Origin: a virus
Lineage: Duplodnaviria > Caudoviricetes
Length of the DNA: 28,875 nt
Direction: 5' to 3' (one strand)
IMG/VR virus record: IMGVR_UViG_3300010376_000673
Span: 1 to 28,875 of that record
This document shows positions 16,332 to 24,545 of the stretch, piece after piece; position 1 is the stretch's first letter; each line of letters opens with the position of its first letter. The translations under genes were made by a program, and so were the position numbers. The notes beneath the pieces were generated by a model that did not search any database, was not told the origin of the DNA, and worked only from the letters and a program-made list of their open reading frames with translations.

Positions 16332-16801
16332 GCCACCTCCGTTTTCTTGGCCGGATCCGCGATGGCGCGCACCAGCTCGTGCGCGCTCTCCGTAAATCCC
16401 AGGCCTTTGATGGCTAAATGTTTTAGTTCTGGCGACACGGTATCAAAAATCCATTCTTCGCAACCGGCTTGAGACAGCGCGCTTTCCAAAAATGCCATCC
16501 CATGAAATAAGCCGCGCATGACGCGCCGGCGCTGTTCGTGCTCTGCCGCCTCGGGCGCGAACTGGATGCGCACGCGCGCCGCGCGGCTCAGGCGGATATA
16601 AAACACCACGCCCTTTTCGTCCTCTAATGCGTAGCAGCTCGGCCGCGAATCCCCGCCCAGCTTGTGACTCATAAAGAACTGCGGAGGGAAAATGCCGCGG
16701 TGCGCGTCGTCGGCCTCGATCCACTCACACAGCCGCTCCAGGTCGGCCAGCGTATCCACGCTGCGCAGTTTGAATCCATCGAATTCGCCAAAAATGCTCA
16801 T
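16328..16801 (-). CDS. GNAT-fold-like virion assembly protein (157 aa)
   Basis: Size, beta/alpha pattern and C-terminal HLAIKGLGF; sits between nozzle and ejection genes like T7 gp13/P22 gp14. Confidence 0.55.
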   Translation of the reverse strand: MSIFGEFDGFKLRSVDTLADLERLCEWIEADDAHRGIFPPQFFMSHKLGGDSRPSCYALEDEKGVVFYIRLSRAARVRIQFAPEAAEHEQRRRVMRGLFHGMAFLESALSQAGCEEWIFDTVSPELKHLAIKGLGFTESAHELVRAIADPAKKTEVA

Positions 16802-17016
16802 ACGCCTCGCAGGGGCAAATAGCGGCGCTGGGGCAACTTGGGGCCGCGGTAAAACTGCCGCATGTACACATCCGCGCCGCTCATGATCGGCGGCAGGCTC
16901 GCGACCATGAGGCTATCGACGCCGATCACCGCATGTTCCTCGATGGGCGGCGTGGGCAGCTCCCGCGGCTGCTCCAGGTTGCTCACCGGCTCAGGCACTT
17001 TCAGTCTCGCCATCAC
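16798..17016 (-). CDS. hypothetical Pro-rich protein (72 aa)
   Basis: Fills the gap with 4-nt overlaps on both sides. Confidence 0.6.
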   Translation of the reverse strand: MMARLKVPEPVSNLEQPRELPTPPIEEHAVIGVDSLMVASLPPIMSGADVYMRQFYRGPKLPQRRYLPLRGV

Positions 17017-20000
17017 TTCCGCGCTTTCTCGGGCAGCCGCCCGTAAATCGTGTTGGTGTACAGCTCATTGGGAAAGTTCTCCGCGGCCCACACCAGCTGC
17101 TGCTGGTAGTGCCGGCATTTAATCACCGTGTTGGCGTCCTGCGCCGCCCAATGTCTTTGCGTGCGCACGCTTTTTTGCGGGGGCAGGTTGGGCGGGTCGG
17201 GGGTCACATTGCGCAGCTGGCGGAAATCAGCCAGGGTAATATCCGGCGAGCCGAACAGGATTTCATCGAACAGGATCTTGCACACGATCGGGGTTGCGCC
17301 CGCGATCATTTTTTCTTCCGTCACCACAAACTGCAGGCCGGCCGTGCCGCCCGGCTGCGCCAGCACCACACTGCTTACTACCCCATAGGCGTCATAGTTC
17401 ACGCCGGCATCAGCGTTGGTGCTGTTGTCGCGCATGAGGATGGGATTGCCGTCCACCGATGGACCCAGGACCAGGATTTTGTTGCCGGGGCTGGTTTCGA
17501 TCGAAGCTATAGCTTTTAGTTTTCCCGGCGAAGCGATGATGGCCTGCGGGCTCCAGACGTTGCCGCTCTCGGGCGCGGCCACGGCCGCCATGCGGTACCA
17601 GCCGGCGCTGCCATCGGCCACGTACAGCGCCGAATCCTTGCTCAATCCCTGGTGCCATGCCAGATATACCTGACCGGGGTCGTAGTCATCATCAAAGAGA
17701 TTGCCCAGCGGGAAGCCCACTTCCACTTCGCCGGCGCCGGGATCCATAGAGAGGACCTGGTGCGAGGAAATCATCGCGTAAGCGGTCGAGCCGTTCACCG
17801 CGAACGCATCCTGGCTGGCCATGCCGATGCCCTGCTGAAACTGGATTATGTAAAACGGCGAGTTGGGCGTGCCCTGGCCGAGCACCGCCCAAATATCGGA
17901 AGTCGTGAAAACCAGCAACCCGACGCTCGTAGGCCAGCACAGCACGCCGGCCGCGGTGAGCGTGAACCGGTTCTTGGTGGGCATGGTGGAGTTGCCCGCA
18001 CCCGTCACCGTGTCGGGGCCTCCGGTCCAAAGCAGCTTGTTGTTTTCAAATCCCCAAATGCGCCCCAGGTAGTAGCACTTGGGCACAAAGTCCTGCGGCG
18101 GCGGGTCGTTGCCGTTCAAGCCTGGTACCGGAGCAGGGAATTGCTGATTCAGCGCGCTGTCGGCGTTGGTGTCGGTATAGATCCACGTCGCGCCGGCGCC
18201 GGGATTGGGAAACTGATCCTCATAAAGCAAAGTGGATCCGCCCTGCTGGGTACGCCACAAAATAAGTTGGTCCCACGGCGGATTCCCGAGGCCCTGCCCT
18301 TGCAGCACGGGATGCATGCCCGCGGAAGTAATCAGCGGCTGGCTTAACGGGCTGGGGTTGGTGATTTCCCCGGTGATGGTATTAAAACCGGAATAGGCCC
18401 AGATCCACGCACCCGTGTTGGCCGCCGAATAGGGGCCATTGTTGAGCCAGTTAATTTGATGGTCGGTGGTAGTGGCGCCCGGCGCGCTCTGCCAGGTGGG
18501 AGCGGTCGCGCCCGACTCGCCCAGGTTCTGCACCATCTGCGCATTGCCCAGCGAATCGAGAATGGTAGTCGCCAGCGAAAGCAGTTGATTGCCTCCCGGC
18601 CAGCCGGGGGCGGTGCCGCCATTCTGCCAGGTCACGGATCCATCCTGCGTCGTGGTCAGGATGCCGTTGTTCCACGCCGGCACGGTCGCGCCGCTCACCC
18701 CCGCAACCGTGCAAGTGAAAACAGAAGTGGTCGTGATCGCCGTGGTAGTGGTGATCCACTGCTTGACGCTGTGGTCAAAGTAAGTGCTGGTCACGTAGTA
18801 GGTGTAGGTGGCCACAATCAAATCGCCCACCGCATGCGTAGCGCTCGCCGTCCATGTCCCCGGCCCTTTGCAAGTCCACTGCGCGTTACTGCCGCCGCCG
18901 CCGCCTTCTGTGGTGATGGCGCCGGGAGTAGTTGCCCAGACGGGGGCAGCATTGCCGGTTTTGATGGGCGGCGCCGGCCCGGTCAATTGTTGAAGGTTGT
19001 TGTTCGAGTCCAAAATGATGAACAGCGGCGCGTACCAGGTATTCGCGGCCCATGCGGGATACAAAGTTGCCGCCGCCGCCTGCGTTACCGTGGGCGCATT
19101 TGCCGGCCCTGCACCGCCCCACGGCTGCACCGATGGCCCGATGTTGACCCATTGCATCCAATACGTCCCGCCGTCGCCTGTAACCTGCCCTGGCGTCGTT
19201 TGCCATGCGGGGGGTGTGGGACCGCTATTATTGGTGCCCGTGCCCGCGGTGCCGGTTTCGGTCGAATAAGCAACTGCGGGTCCCGAAGAGGAAAGCCAGT
19301 GTACTTGTACCGGAGAATCTACCTGCACGGGGATGGATTGCCCGTTGATGGAGGGAACCGTAGTCAACCCGTTAAAGCCCAGGCGCACGTTATTGCGAAG
19401 AGTCAACGGCGCGGCCAGCCATACGGTGTATTGCCATTGCGAGCCCGAAGCCGTCACCTGAATGTTGATGATCTGGCCCAGCTGACTGCCTACCGCCATC
19501 TGCAGGTTGCCGTTCGGATCCACGATGAAATCGCCGGTGTTGTAATAACTGTTCGGCTGCCAGCTCAGGGCGGCCGTAACCCACTTGTGGGTGCTTACGC
19601 CGTCGCCGGCATAGAGGGTGTTGCCATCGCTCACAAAGCTGGTGCGGCCCGCGGCGTGGTCCCACAAAATGTTATTGGTGCTCGGCTGCGTTACCTCGCG
19701 CACGCTGGCCGTAGCCGATCCGGTTCCCGCCTCGCAGTCAGCGATGATGTGTATCTTCTCGCCCGCCGTGGTGAAACTGCGAAATTCATAGAAGCGGCTG
19801 ATGACCGGAAACGGCCCGGCATTGTAGACACTCGATCCCGGCCGGCGAATAGGCGTCAACTGCGTCGAAATCTCGATATTCAGGCCGGCGATAAAACGGT
19901 CATAGCGCGCCGCCGAATAAAAGCGCTGATAGAGAAAGGGCACGGCGCCCGGTCCCAGCGGGTTGCCGTGCGTCCACAGGCCGGTAAAAAACTCGTTGGT

Positions 20001-20066
20001 ATGGAGCGGCGCCGCGCTGGTCGGCTGAATCTGCGCGCCCGCGGTTTCGAGCGGAGAAATGGGCAT
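17013..20066 (-). CDS. tail nozzle/tail tubular B-like protein with inserted Trp-rich repeat domains (1017 aa)
   Basis: Follows the adaptors; N-terminal GLNIEISTQLTPIRRPG; propeller motifs YYLGRIWGF and GLLVFTTSDIW; four internal repeats. Confidence 0.75.
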   Translation of the reverse strand: MPISPLETAGAQIQPTSAAPLHTNEFFTGLWTHGNPLGPGAVPFLYQRFYSAARYDRFIAGLNIEISTQLTPIRRPGSSVYNAGPFPVISRFYEFRSFTTAGEKIHIIADCEAGTGSATASVREVTQPSTNNILWDHAAGRTSFVSDGNTLYAGDGVSTHKWVTAALSWQPNSYYNTGDFIVDPNGNLQMAVGSQLGQIINIQVTASGSQWQYTVWLAAPLTLRNNVRLGFNGLTTVPSINGQSIPVQVDSPVQVHWLSSSGPAVAYSTETGTAGTGTNNSGPTPPAWQTTPGQVTGDGGTYWMQWVNIGPSVQPWGGAGPANAPTVTQAAAATLYPAWAANTWYAPLFIILDSNNNLQQLTGPAPPIKTGNAAPVWATTPGAITTEGGGGGSNAQWTCKGPGTWTASATHAVGDLIVATYTYYVTSTYFDHSVKQWITTTTAITTTSVFTCTVAGVSGATVPAWNNGILTTTQDGSVTWQNGGTAPGWPGGNQLLSLATTILDSLGNAQMVQNLGESGATAPTWQSAPGATTTDHQINWLNNGPYSAANTGAWIWAYSGFNTITGEITNPSPLSQPLITSAGMHPVLQGQGLGNPPWDQLILWRTQQGGSTLLYEDQFPNPGAGATWIYTDTNADSALNQQFPAPVPGLNGNDPPPQDFVPKCYYLGRIWGFENNKLLWTGGPDTVTGAGNSTMPTKNRFTLTAAGVLCWPTSVGLLVFTTSDIWAVLGQGTPNSPFYIIQFQQGIGMASQDAFAVNGSTAYAMISSHQVLSMDPGAGEVEVGFPLGNLFDDDYDPGQVYLAWHQGLSKDSALYVADGSAGWYRMAAVAAPESGNVWSPQAIIASPGKLKAIASIETSPGNKILVLGPSVDGNPILMRDNSTNADAGVNYDAYGVVSSVVLAQPGGTAGLQFVVTEEKMIAGATPIVCKILFDEILFGSPDITLADFRQLRNVTPDPPNLPPQKSVRTQRHWAAQDANTVIKCRHYQQQLVWAAENFPNELYTNTIYGRLPEKARK
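18432..19562 (-). repeat. four degenerate repeats W..N..Y..G..I.D.NGN.Q...G.SG...P.W...G..T.DG...W...G
   Basis: Visible in translation; the first copy is split by a ~90-aa insertion. Confidence 0.75.
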
Positions 20067-20069
20067 GGC

Positions 20070-20774
20070 TCAAATCTCCCTCGCCCGGTGGCGTTCGGCA
20101 GTGGCCAGCTGCGAGGCCTGCAGCTGCGACATGACGCGCGTCCAGTTGGCCAGAAAAATGTTGCGCTCCAGATCGCTGAGCCCGCCCTGCGCCGCGAGCA
20201 GCGAAGTGATGAATTTCTGGTTGTATTCGTTGAATCGGGCATCATTGCCGATCAAGCTCATCAGCGCCAGAAATCCCCACTGCGCGATGTAGTTCTTGTC
20301 ATCGGGCAAAGGGAACCAGGTATAGGCCAGGCTCATCAAAAGCGGCGCGCGCTTCTGATAGGGCAGGGTGACGATGTAAGACTGGTCGGGTGCCGGCAGC
20401 AATCTAAAAGTTATAGTTCCGGTGCCGTCATCGAGCCACGGCGAGCACCATTGCGGGCGCGCCTGGCTGGTGTCAACGTGGAGCACATTCTTGACCGCAA
20501 TCTCGAAGGGCTTGCCGCCCGCGGCCGCCTGCACGGTGCCGCCTTCGAGAAAGCCGAAATTCGATAGCCCGCTCTGCGCATTGTCCTGGGCAGCGCTGGT
20601 GTAGGAGATGATGCCGCGATTGAACGGCCAGGCAAAGGGCGGCCCGAAGATGGTTTGCAGCACCAGATTGGCAGAGCCCAGCGCCGGCTCCATGCCACAG
20701 ATGGTTACTGGTTGCATTTCGATGAAGGCTTTAGCCCAATTTATTGTGCTTTGCAGTGATATAGTGCTAGGCAT
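20070..20774 (-). CDS. head-tail adaptor/tail tubular A-like protein (234 aa)
   Basis: Start at ATG 20774 (MPSTISLQS); motifs FAWPFNR, FRLLPAPDQSY, PLPDD; directly upstream of the nozzle gene. Confidence 0.7.
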   Translation of the reverse strand: MPSTISLQSTINWAKAFIEMQPVTICGMEPALGSANLVLQTIFGPPFAWPFNRGIISYTSAAQDNAQSGLSNFGFLEGGTVQAAAGGKPFEIAVKNVLHVDTSQARPQWCSPWLDDGTGTITFRLLPAPDQSYIVTLPYQKRAPLLMSLAYTWFPLPDDKNYIAQWGFLALMSLIGNDARFNEYNQKFITSLLAAQGGLSDLERNIFLANWTRVMSQLQASQLATAERHRAREI

Positions 20775-20788
20775 TCCCCCACACTCCA

Positions 20789-20974
20789 CTACCGTCGTGT
20801 TTTCTTCTTCGCCGCGCTCTTGCGCTTCGTACTCAGCGCGATGGCAACCGCTTGTTTATTGGCTTTCTTCGCGCCGAACTTGCGCCGCGTGCGTGCATAG
20901 GTCTTGCCCTGATGAAGCTCGCGAATGTTGGAACTGACTGTTTTTCTACTCTTGCCCTTTTTAAGAGGACTCAT
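20789..20974 (-). CDS. small, highly basic phage protein (61 aa)
   Basis: MSPLKKGKSRKTVSSNIREL..KQAVAIAL resembles a widespread basic phage protein family; GAAGGAG SD and ATGA overlap. Confidence 0.75.
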   Translation of the reverse strand: MSPLKKGKSRKTVSSNIRELHQGKTYARTRRKFGAKKANKQAVAIALSTKRKSAAKKKTRR

Positions 20975-21267
20975 AGCATCTCCTTCTCTAGTCGGCAAGC
21001 CATGTAGTGCAACACTTCCGGCTGACTCGTTCCCAACCACATGGAACCAATTTTGATCTGGCTTCCTTTAACTTTTCGAATGGCTAAAACCACGTCCGTA
21101 ACCTTGCCATGCTGGCCAGATTCGATTTGATGAATCAACCTGCGCAGTTTGCCGGTAATGTCGTAGTTACTGCCTTTATCAATCACCCGCAACTTGGATC
21201 TGCGGAGCAGTTTCGCCTTTCTCTCCGCTTCCGTATCGCATAGTCGAGTTGTAGGAATGGTTGTCAT
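20971..21267 (-). CDS. hypothetical basic protein (98 aa), AT-richer than its neighbours
   Basis: Fills the gap and is coupled to the downstream gene by ATGA. Confidence 0.6.
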   Translation of the reverse strand: MTTIPTTRLCDTEAERKAKLLRRSKLRVIDKGSNYDITGKLRRLIHQIESGQHGKVTDVVLAIRKVKGSQIKIGSMWLGTSQPEVLHYMACRLEKEML

Positions 21268-21271
21268 CGAA

Positions 21272-22276
21272 TCACCGACCTGGCCACACGTTGTAGAGGT
21301 ATGGATTCGCGGGGCCTATGTCGATTCCGCCCTGCGCGGCCACGCAGGATCTGTCAGGAATAAAGCCGGCGTTGTCGGTTTCGCGGTCATTTTGTTTCAG
21401 GTCGCCCATGATCGCCGCCAGCCACATATCTTTCATCTTGGGGAATAGCGCGCGCATCTGCGGGTTGGGGCTCATCTCGTAGCAGTGGGCTTTCATGCCG
21501 TCGCGAAACCACTTCGCCTGGTCATCGGGTACCGGGTTGATCTGCTGCTGCATCGAAGTGAACGGCGGAGGCGCCTTCATTTGCGCAACCACGTTGACCT
21601 GGTACACCACCGCCTGTTGCGGAGGCAGAGGCAAAAGACGGAAGCCCTGCGAGTTGGGATCGGCCACGGTCCACACACACGAACCATCGTTCACCGTGGT
21701 CATTTCCGCGCTGGTGGCCGGTGCCGCGGGAGCCGTCAACCCCGTGGTTCCATAGGTGGTCAAAACTAAAATATTGCCGTTCGCGTCCACTATGTTCACG
21801 GGCGGGTTGGTGGGCGTAATCACCGCGCCCAGCGGCTGTGTGTACGCTTTGCCCGCTCCCGGCCACGTTCCGTAAATCAGTTCTTCATTGGGGTACCAGG
21901 CGATTTTCGCGGGCGGGTTGCCGGAGATGGACGAAGGCACCAGATCGCGCACTACTTCGACTGGATAGGTGGGCTTGGGCAGTGCAGTGTTGTTTATGTC
22001 GATCCAGTACGCGCCTTCCATCCATCCGATCGGCGCCCGCCAGGTGGAACTAAAACCGGCATAGTCCTGCTGCCAGGAATTCGTATAGAACGGCGGAATC
22101 TTTTCCCGGTTCCACTTGAAGTTGAAGCGCTGCGAGATTAACTCCGACATTACATCGGTGGCCATGGTCAGCAAGGTTTGCACCGCATAGCCGCCCACCG
22201 GCAGCACGGGCGTAAGTTCGCCCATGCTGGCGAGGTAGTCAGAAATGCTCTGCAGTGTCGTAGTGCTTGATCCCAC
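21272..22276 (-). CDS. head-tail adaptor-like protein, paralogue of 20070-20774 with an inserted domain (334 aa)
   Basis: GTG behind GAGGA; motifs TLQS, FNFKWNR, FRLLPLPPQQ, PVPDD shared with the second adaptor. Confidence 0.7.
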   Translation of the reverse strand: MGSSTTTLQSISDYLASMGELTPVLPVGGYAVQTLLTMATDVMSELISQRFNFKWNREKIPPFYTNSWQQDYAGFSSTWRAPIGWMEGAYWIDINNTALPKPTYPVEVVRDLVPSSISGNPPAKIAWYPNEELIYGTWPGAGKAYTQPLGAVITPTNPPVNIVDANGNILVLTTYGTTGLTAPAAPATSAEMTTVNDGSCVWTVADPNSQGFRLLPLPPQQAVVYQVNVVAQMKAPPPFTSMQQQINPVPDDQAKWFRDGMKAHCYEMSPNPQMRALFPKMKDMWLAAIMGDLKQNDRETDNAGFIPDRSCVAAQGGIDIGPANPYLYNVWPGR

Positions 22277-22286
22277 GGCGTTCCTC

Positions 22287-22457
22287 TCAGTACTGGACCG
22301 ATCGCAGGCCCTTGTGCGATGCCAGCGTGACCGACTGGTTAGGTGTCAGGCCGGCCGGTACAGCCGGCTGGCCGATAGGCTGCTTTCTCGGCTCAGCCGT
22401 AACCGGCTTTTGCTCGGGCTGCTGCTCGGGCTCAGGTTTGGTCGTCGTCGTTGTCAT
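22287..22457 (-). CDS. small protein not in the ORF track (56 aa, MTTTTTKPEPEQQ...PAGLTPNQSVTLASHKGLRSVQY)
   Basis: Translated by hand: ATG 22457 behind GAGGA, TGA at 22287-22289; fills the gap; C-terminus resembles the upstream ORF. Confidence 0.7.
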   Translation of the reverse strand: MTTTTTKPEPEQQPEQKPVTAEPRKQPIGQPAVPAGLTPNQSVTLASHKGLRSVQY

Positions 22458-22839
22458 GTTCGTTGTCCTCTGCGGTTACCGGCGCATAGGTCACGCCATG
22501 CTGCCCGCTGCCGGTGGCCATCTGGATTTTCTGGTTAGGGCTCAGGCCTGCCGGCAGCTCGGGCACAGTAAAAGGCGCCTTGGTTTCGCGCGCGATGCGC
22601 GCATTTAGCTCATCCTGCTTTTTCGCTTCGGCGGCGGGATCCACTTCGACCGGGGTTAGTTTGCTGGTTTCGCGGCCGGCCGGATATGCCAGTTCTTCCG
22701 GCATGGCGCCCCCAGGGGCCGGCGTGTGCTGCTGCGGTCTGTTCTCAGTCATGGCTTGGCTCCTGTGGGGCTGCTCTGCGTCGCGCAGCTTGCGGCCCGG
22801 TTTGGCGGCGGGTTTTGGTTTCTTCTTAGGCGGCGGCAT
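22432..22839 (-). CDS. hypothetical low-complexity protein (~135 aa)
   Basis: Start MPPPKKKP behind GAGG (alternative MTENRP at 22752); contains PAGLSPNQKIQMA. Confidence 0.6.
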   Translation of the reverse strand: MPPPKKKPKPAAKPGRKLRDAEQPHRSQAMTENRPQQHTPAPGGAMPEELAYPAGRETSKLTPVEVDPAAEAKKQDELNARIARETKAPFTVPELPAGLSPNQKIQMATGSGQHGVTYAPVTAEDNEHDNDDDQT

Positions 22840-23290
22840 GGGCAACCTCAAACATCTTGCTGCCGCTGGGCGTGTTGTCGGAGGGGAAGCGGCTCCATTC
22901 GTTCCATTCCGCGGCCATCTTCGCGTACAGCTCGGGATCGGTCTTGCGCAGCGCCGCGGCCGGCCGCTCCACTTCCTTAAAGCAGCGGGTACACATGATG
23001 ACCTCGCGCCCTAGAGGGTAGGTGTTGCGGTTCACGCTATAGTTGGCGTCGTTGCCATCGCTGAAGCGATTGTTCTTTCCGCCCTTGCGGTGCTTGCACA
23101 CCCGCTGCCGGCGCAGCATTTCCGCCTGACCCTTTTTGTAGTCCTCCAGCTGCCGCGCGCGCGTGGCTTCCATGCGCTCGCGCCGATCCTTGCGGTCGGC
23201 CAGGCGTTCTTCAATTTCCGCGATCTGCACTTCTTTCCAACGCAGCTCAATAGCGTCGGCTTCGCTTTGCGAGTACTTCTCTTTGGGCAT
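22826..23290 (-). CDS. hypothetical coiled-coil plus CxH/CxxC Zn-binding protein (154 aa)
   Basis: GAGGA SD; charged helix, then CKH...CTRC; directly after the capsid gene. Confidence 0.75.
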   Translation of the reverse strand: MPKEKYSQSEADAIELRWKEVQIAEIEERLADRKDRRERMEATRARQLEDYKKGQAEMLRRQRVCKHRKGGKNNRFSDGNDANYSVNRNTYPLGREVIMCTRCFKEVERPAAALRKTDPELYAKMAAEWNEWSRFPSDNTPSGSKMFEVAHAAA

Positions 23291-23308
23291 GGCATTCCTC
23301 TCGCGCGT

Positions 23309-23337
23309 GCGGGGACCGGCCCCATTCCGGCCCCCGC
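23309..23337 (-). promoter_or_regulatory. GC-rich stem-loop after the capsid stop codon, without a U-tract
   Basis: GCGGGGGCCGG-N7-CCGGTCCCCGC, 11 bp with one G-U. Confidence 0.55.
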
Positions 23338-23345
23338 GTCATCGG

Positions 23346-24515
23346 TTAGGTGATGAGCGTAGGCGCGTCAATCATGCGCACGCGCGCCGTGGTGTCGGGC
23401 ACTACGCCGGTGGCGAAGTTGTAGTTATAGGCCGTCGAGCCCCCAATCATCATGGCCGGATCGGAAACGCTGGCATCGTCGTAGCGCTTGGTTATAGTTT
23501 TTAAGTTTCTCCAGTCGCCATCGCCTATCGCCGTGTTTTCCTTGGCGCCCATCGAAATGGTGATGAGCCCATCCTTGCCGTAGATGTAGGTTCGGAAGGC
23601 CGTGACGCCGCTGTGGGTCAGATAGTTGGGCGTCTGGGTCACGATCGAGGTTTCATACCAGCGCACCCCGGCCCACTCCATTACCTGCACATATTCGCCT
23701 TCGCCGCCCGGCAGCTCCTTGAGCAGCGCCGTGCCTTCCACACTGCGCTTCAGAACATCGGTCAGCGAATTGTTGGTGTTGTCGTTGAGCGCGTCGCCCC
23801 AGCAGAACGGGCAAATGAGCCCGCAGAACAGGCCTTCTTCCATAGGCCGCACATTGCGCTGCCGCAGGCTGGCCACGGCGGTGGTGATGTTGTTCTTGGC
23901 AAAGGGCACGTTGTAGGCATTCTGCTGCAGGGCGCTGGAATCCACGGTGGGAATGCCATCGGTCGTATTTTTAATCAAGTACGCGATGGTCAAAGCCGCC
24001 TGATATGCCAGCTCCTTGCTGCCGTTCTCTACGGCCGGATCAATCGCCAATTGCATGGAAAAGCGCGAATAATTCAGGTAATCCGCGTAGTTTCCGATGA
24101 CGATTTTATCGGTCAGCACAGAGATGGTTTCGCCGCTCTGCACCGTGCCCTCGGGCGCTTGTGAAAGGTCAGGCCCAAACGGGACATATTCAAACAGGTT
24201 GAGGATGTTGCCGCTGTTCTCGGGCAGCGGCCGGCGCTCCACACAGCGATAGTGCGGAGTTTCCGCTTTAAGGTTTTCGACGAAATTTTTGTCGTAGTAA
24301 TTGACCTGGGCTTGAATGAGGTTACTGGTCTGGTTGCTGGCCGGCGAGTAGCCGGCGCCAAGCCTGGCCTCGGTCGCAAGGGCATGGCCCTCGTTGCGAA
24401 TCAATAACCAGATGGCAGAGCCCAGCAAAGCCAGCGCATAGAGAAGAGGCTGCAACACATGGATGACCAGCCAGATTCTCCGCCGCGCAAACGTGGCGTC
24501 CCGCTCGATTTTCAT
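23346..24515 (-). CDS. major capsid protein (N4 gp56-like, HK97 fold) with a hydrophobic N-terminal leader
   Basis: Follows the scaffold; YYDKNFVENLK, RPLPENSGN, EGT..GETIS, NYADY, ELAYQAALT, LRQRNVRP, GVRWYETS, TYIYGKDG and SDPAMMIG fit the N4-gp56 family layout. Confidence 0.85.
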   Translation of the reverse strand: MKIERDATFARRRIWLVIHVLQPLLYALALLGSAIWLLIRNEGHALATEARLGAGYSPASNQTSNLIQAQVNYYDKNFVENLKAETPHYRCVERRPLPENSGNILNLFEYVPFGPDLSQAPEGTVQSGETISVLTDKIVIGNYADYLNYSRFSMQLAIDPAVENGSKELAYQAALTIAYLIKNTTDGIPTVDSSALQQNAYNVPFAKNNITTAVASLRQRNVRPMEEGLFCGLICPFCWGDALNDNTNNSLTDVLKRSVEGTALLKELPGGEGEYVQVMEWAGVRWYETSIVTQTPNYLTHSGVTAFRTYIYGKDGLITISMGAKENTAIGDGDWRNLKTITKRYDDASVSDPAMMIGGSTAYNYNFATGVVPDTTARVRMIDAPTLIT

Positions 24516-24518
24516 GGT

Positions 24519-24544
24519 GCCGCTCCCGTTCCCGCGGGAGGGGC
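24519..24544 (-). promoter_or_regulatory. hairpin covering the capsid Shine-Dalgarno
   Basis: 9-bp stem with one mismatch and a 6-nt loop; its 3' arm contains GGGAG upstream of ATG 24515. Confidence 0.5.
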
Positions 24545-24545
24545 T

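Noticed and set aside
18456-20567. 703-aa plus-strand ORF
   Set aside because: Arg/Gly-rich antisense shadow of the nozzle and adaptor genes.
24113-24385. Out-of-frame ATG ORF inside the capsid gene as an alternative capsid start
   Set aside because: Different frame, SD-like sequence only 2 nt from the ATG, and no slippery site seen.
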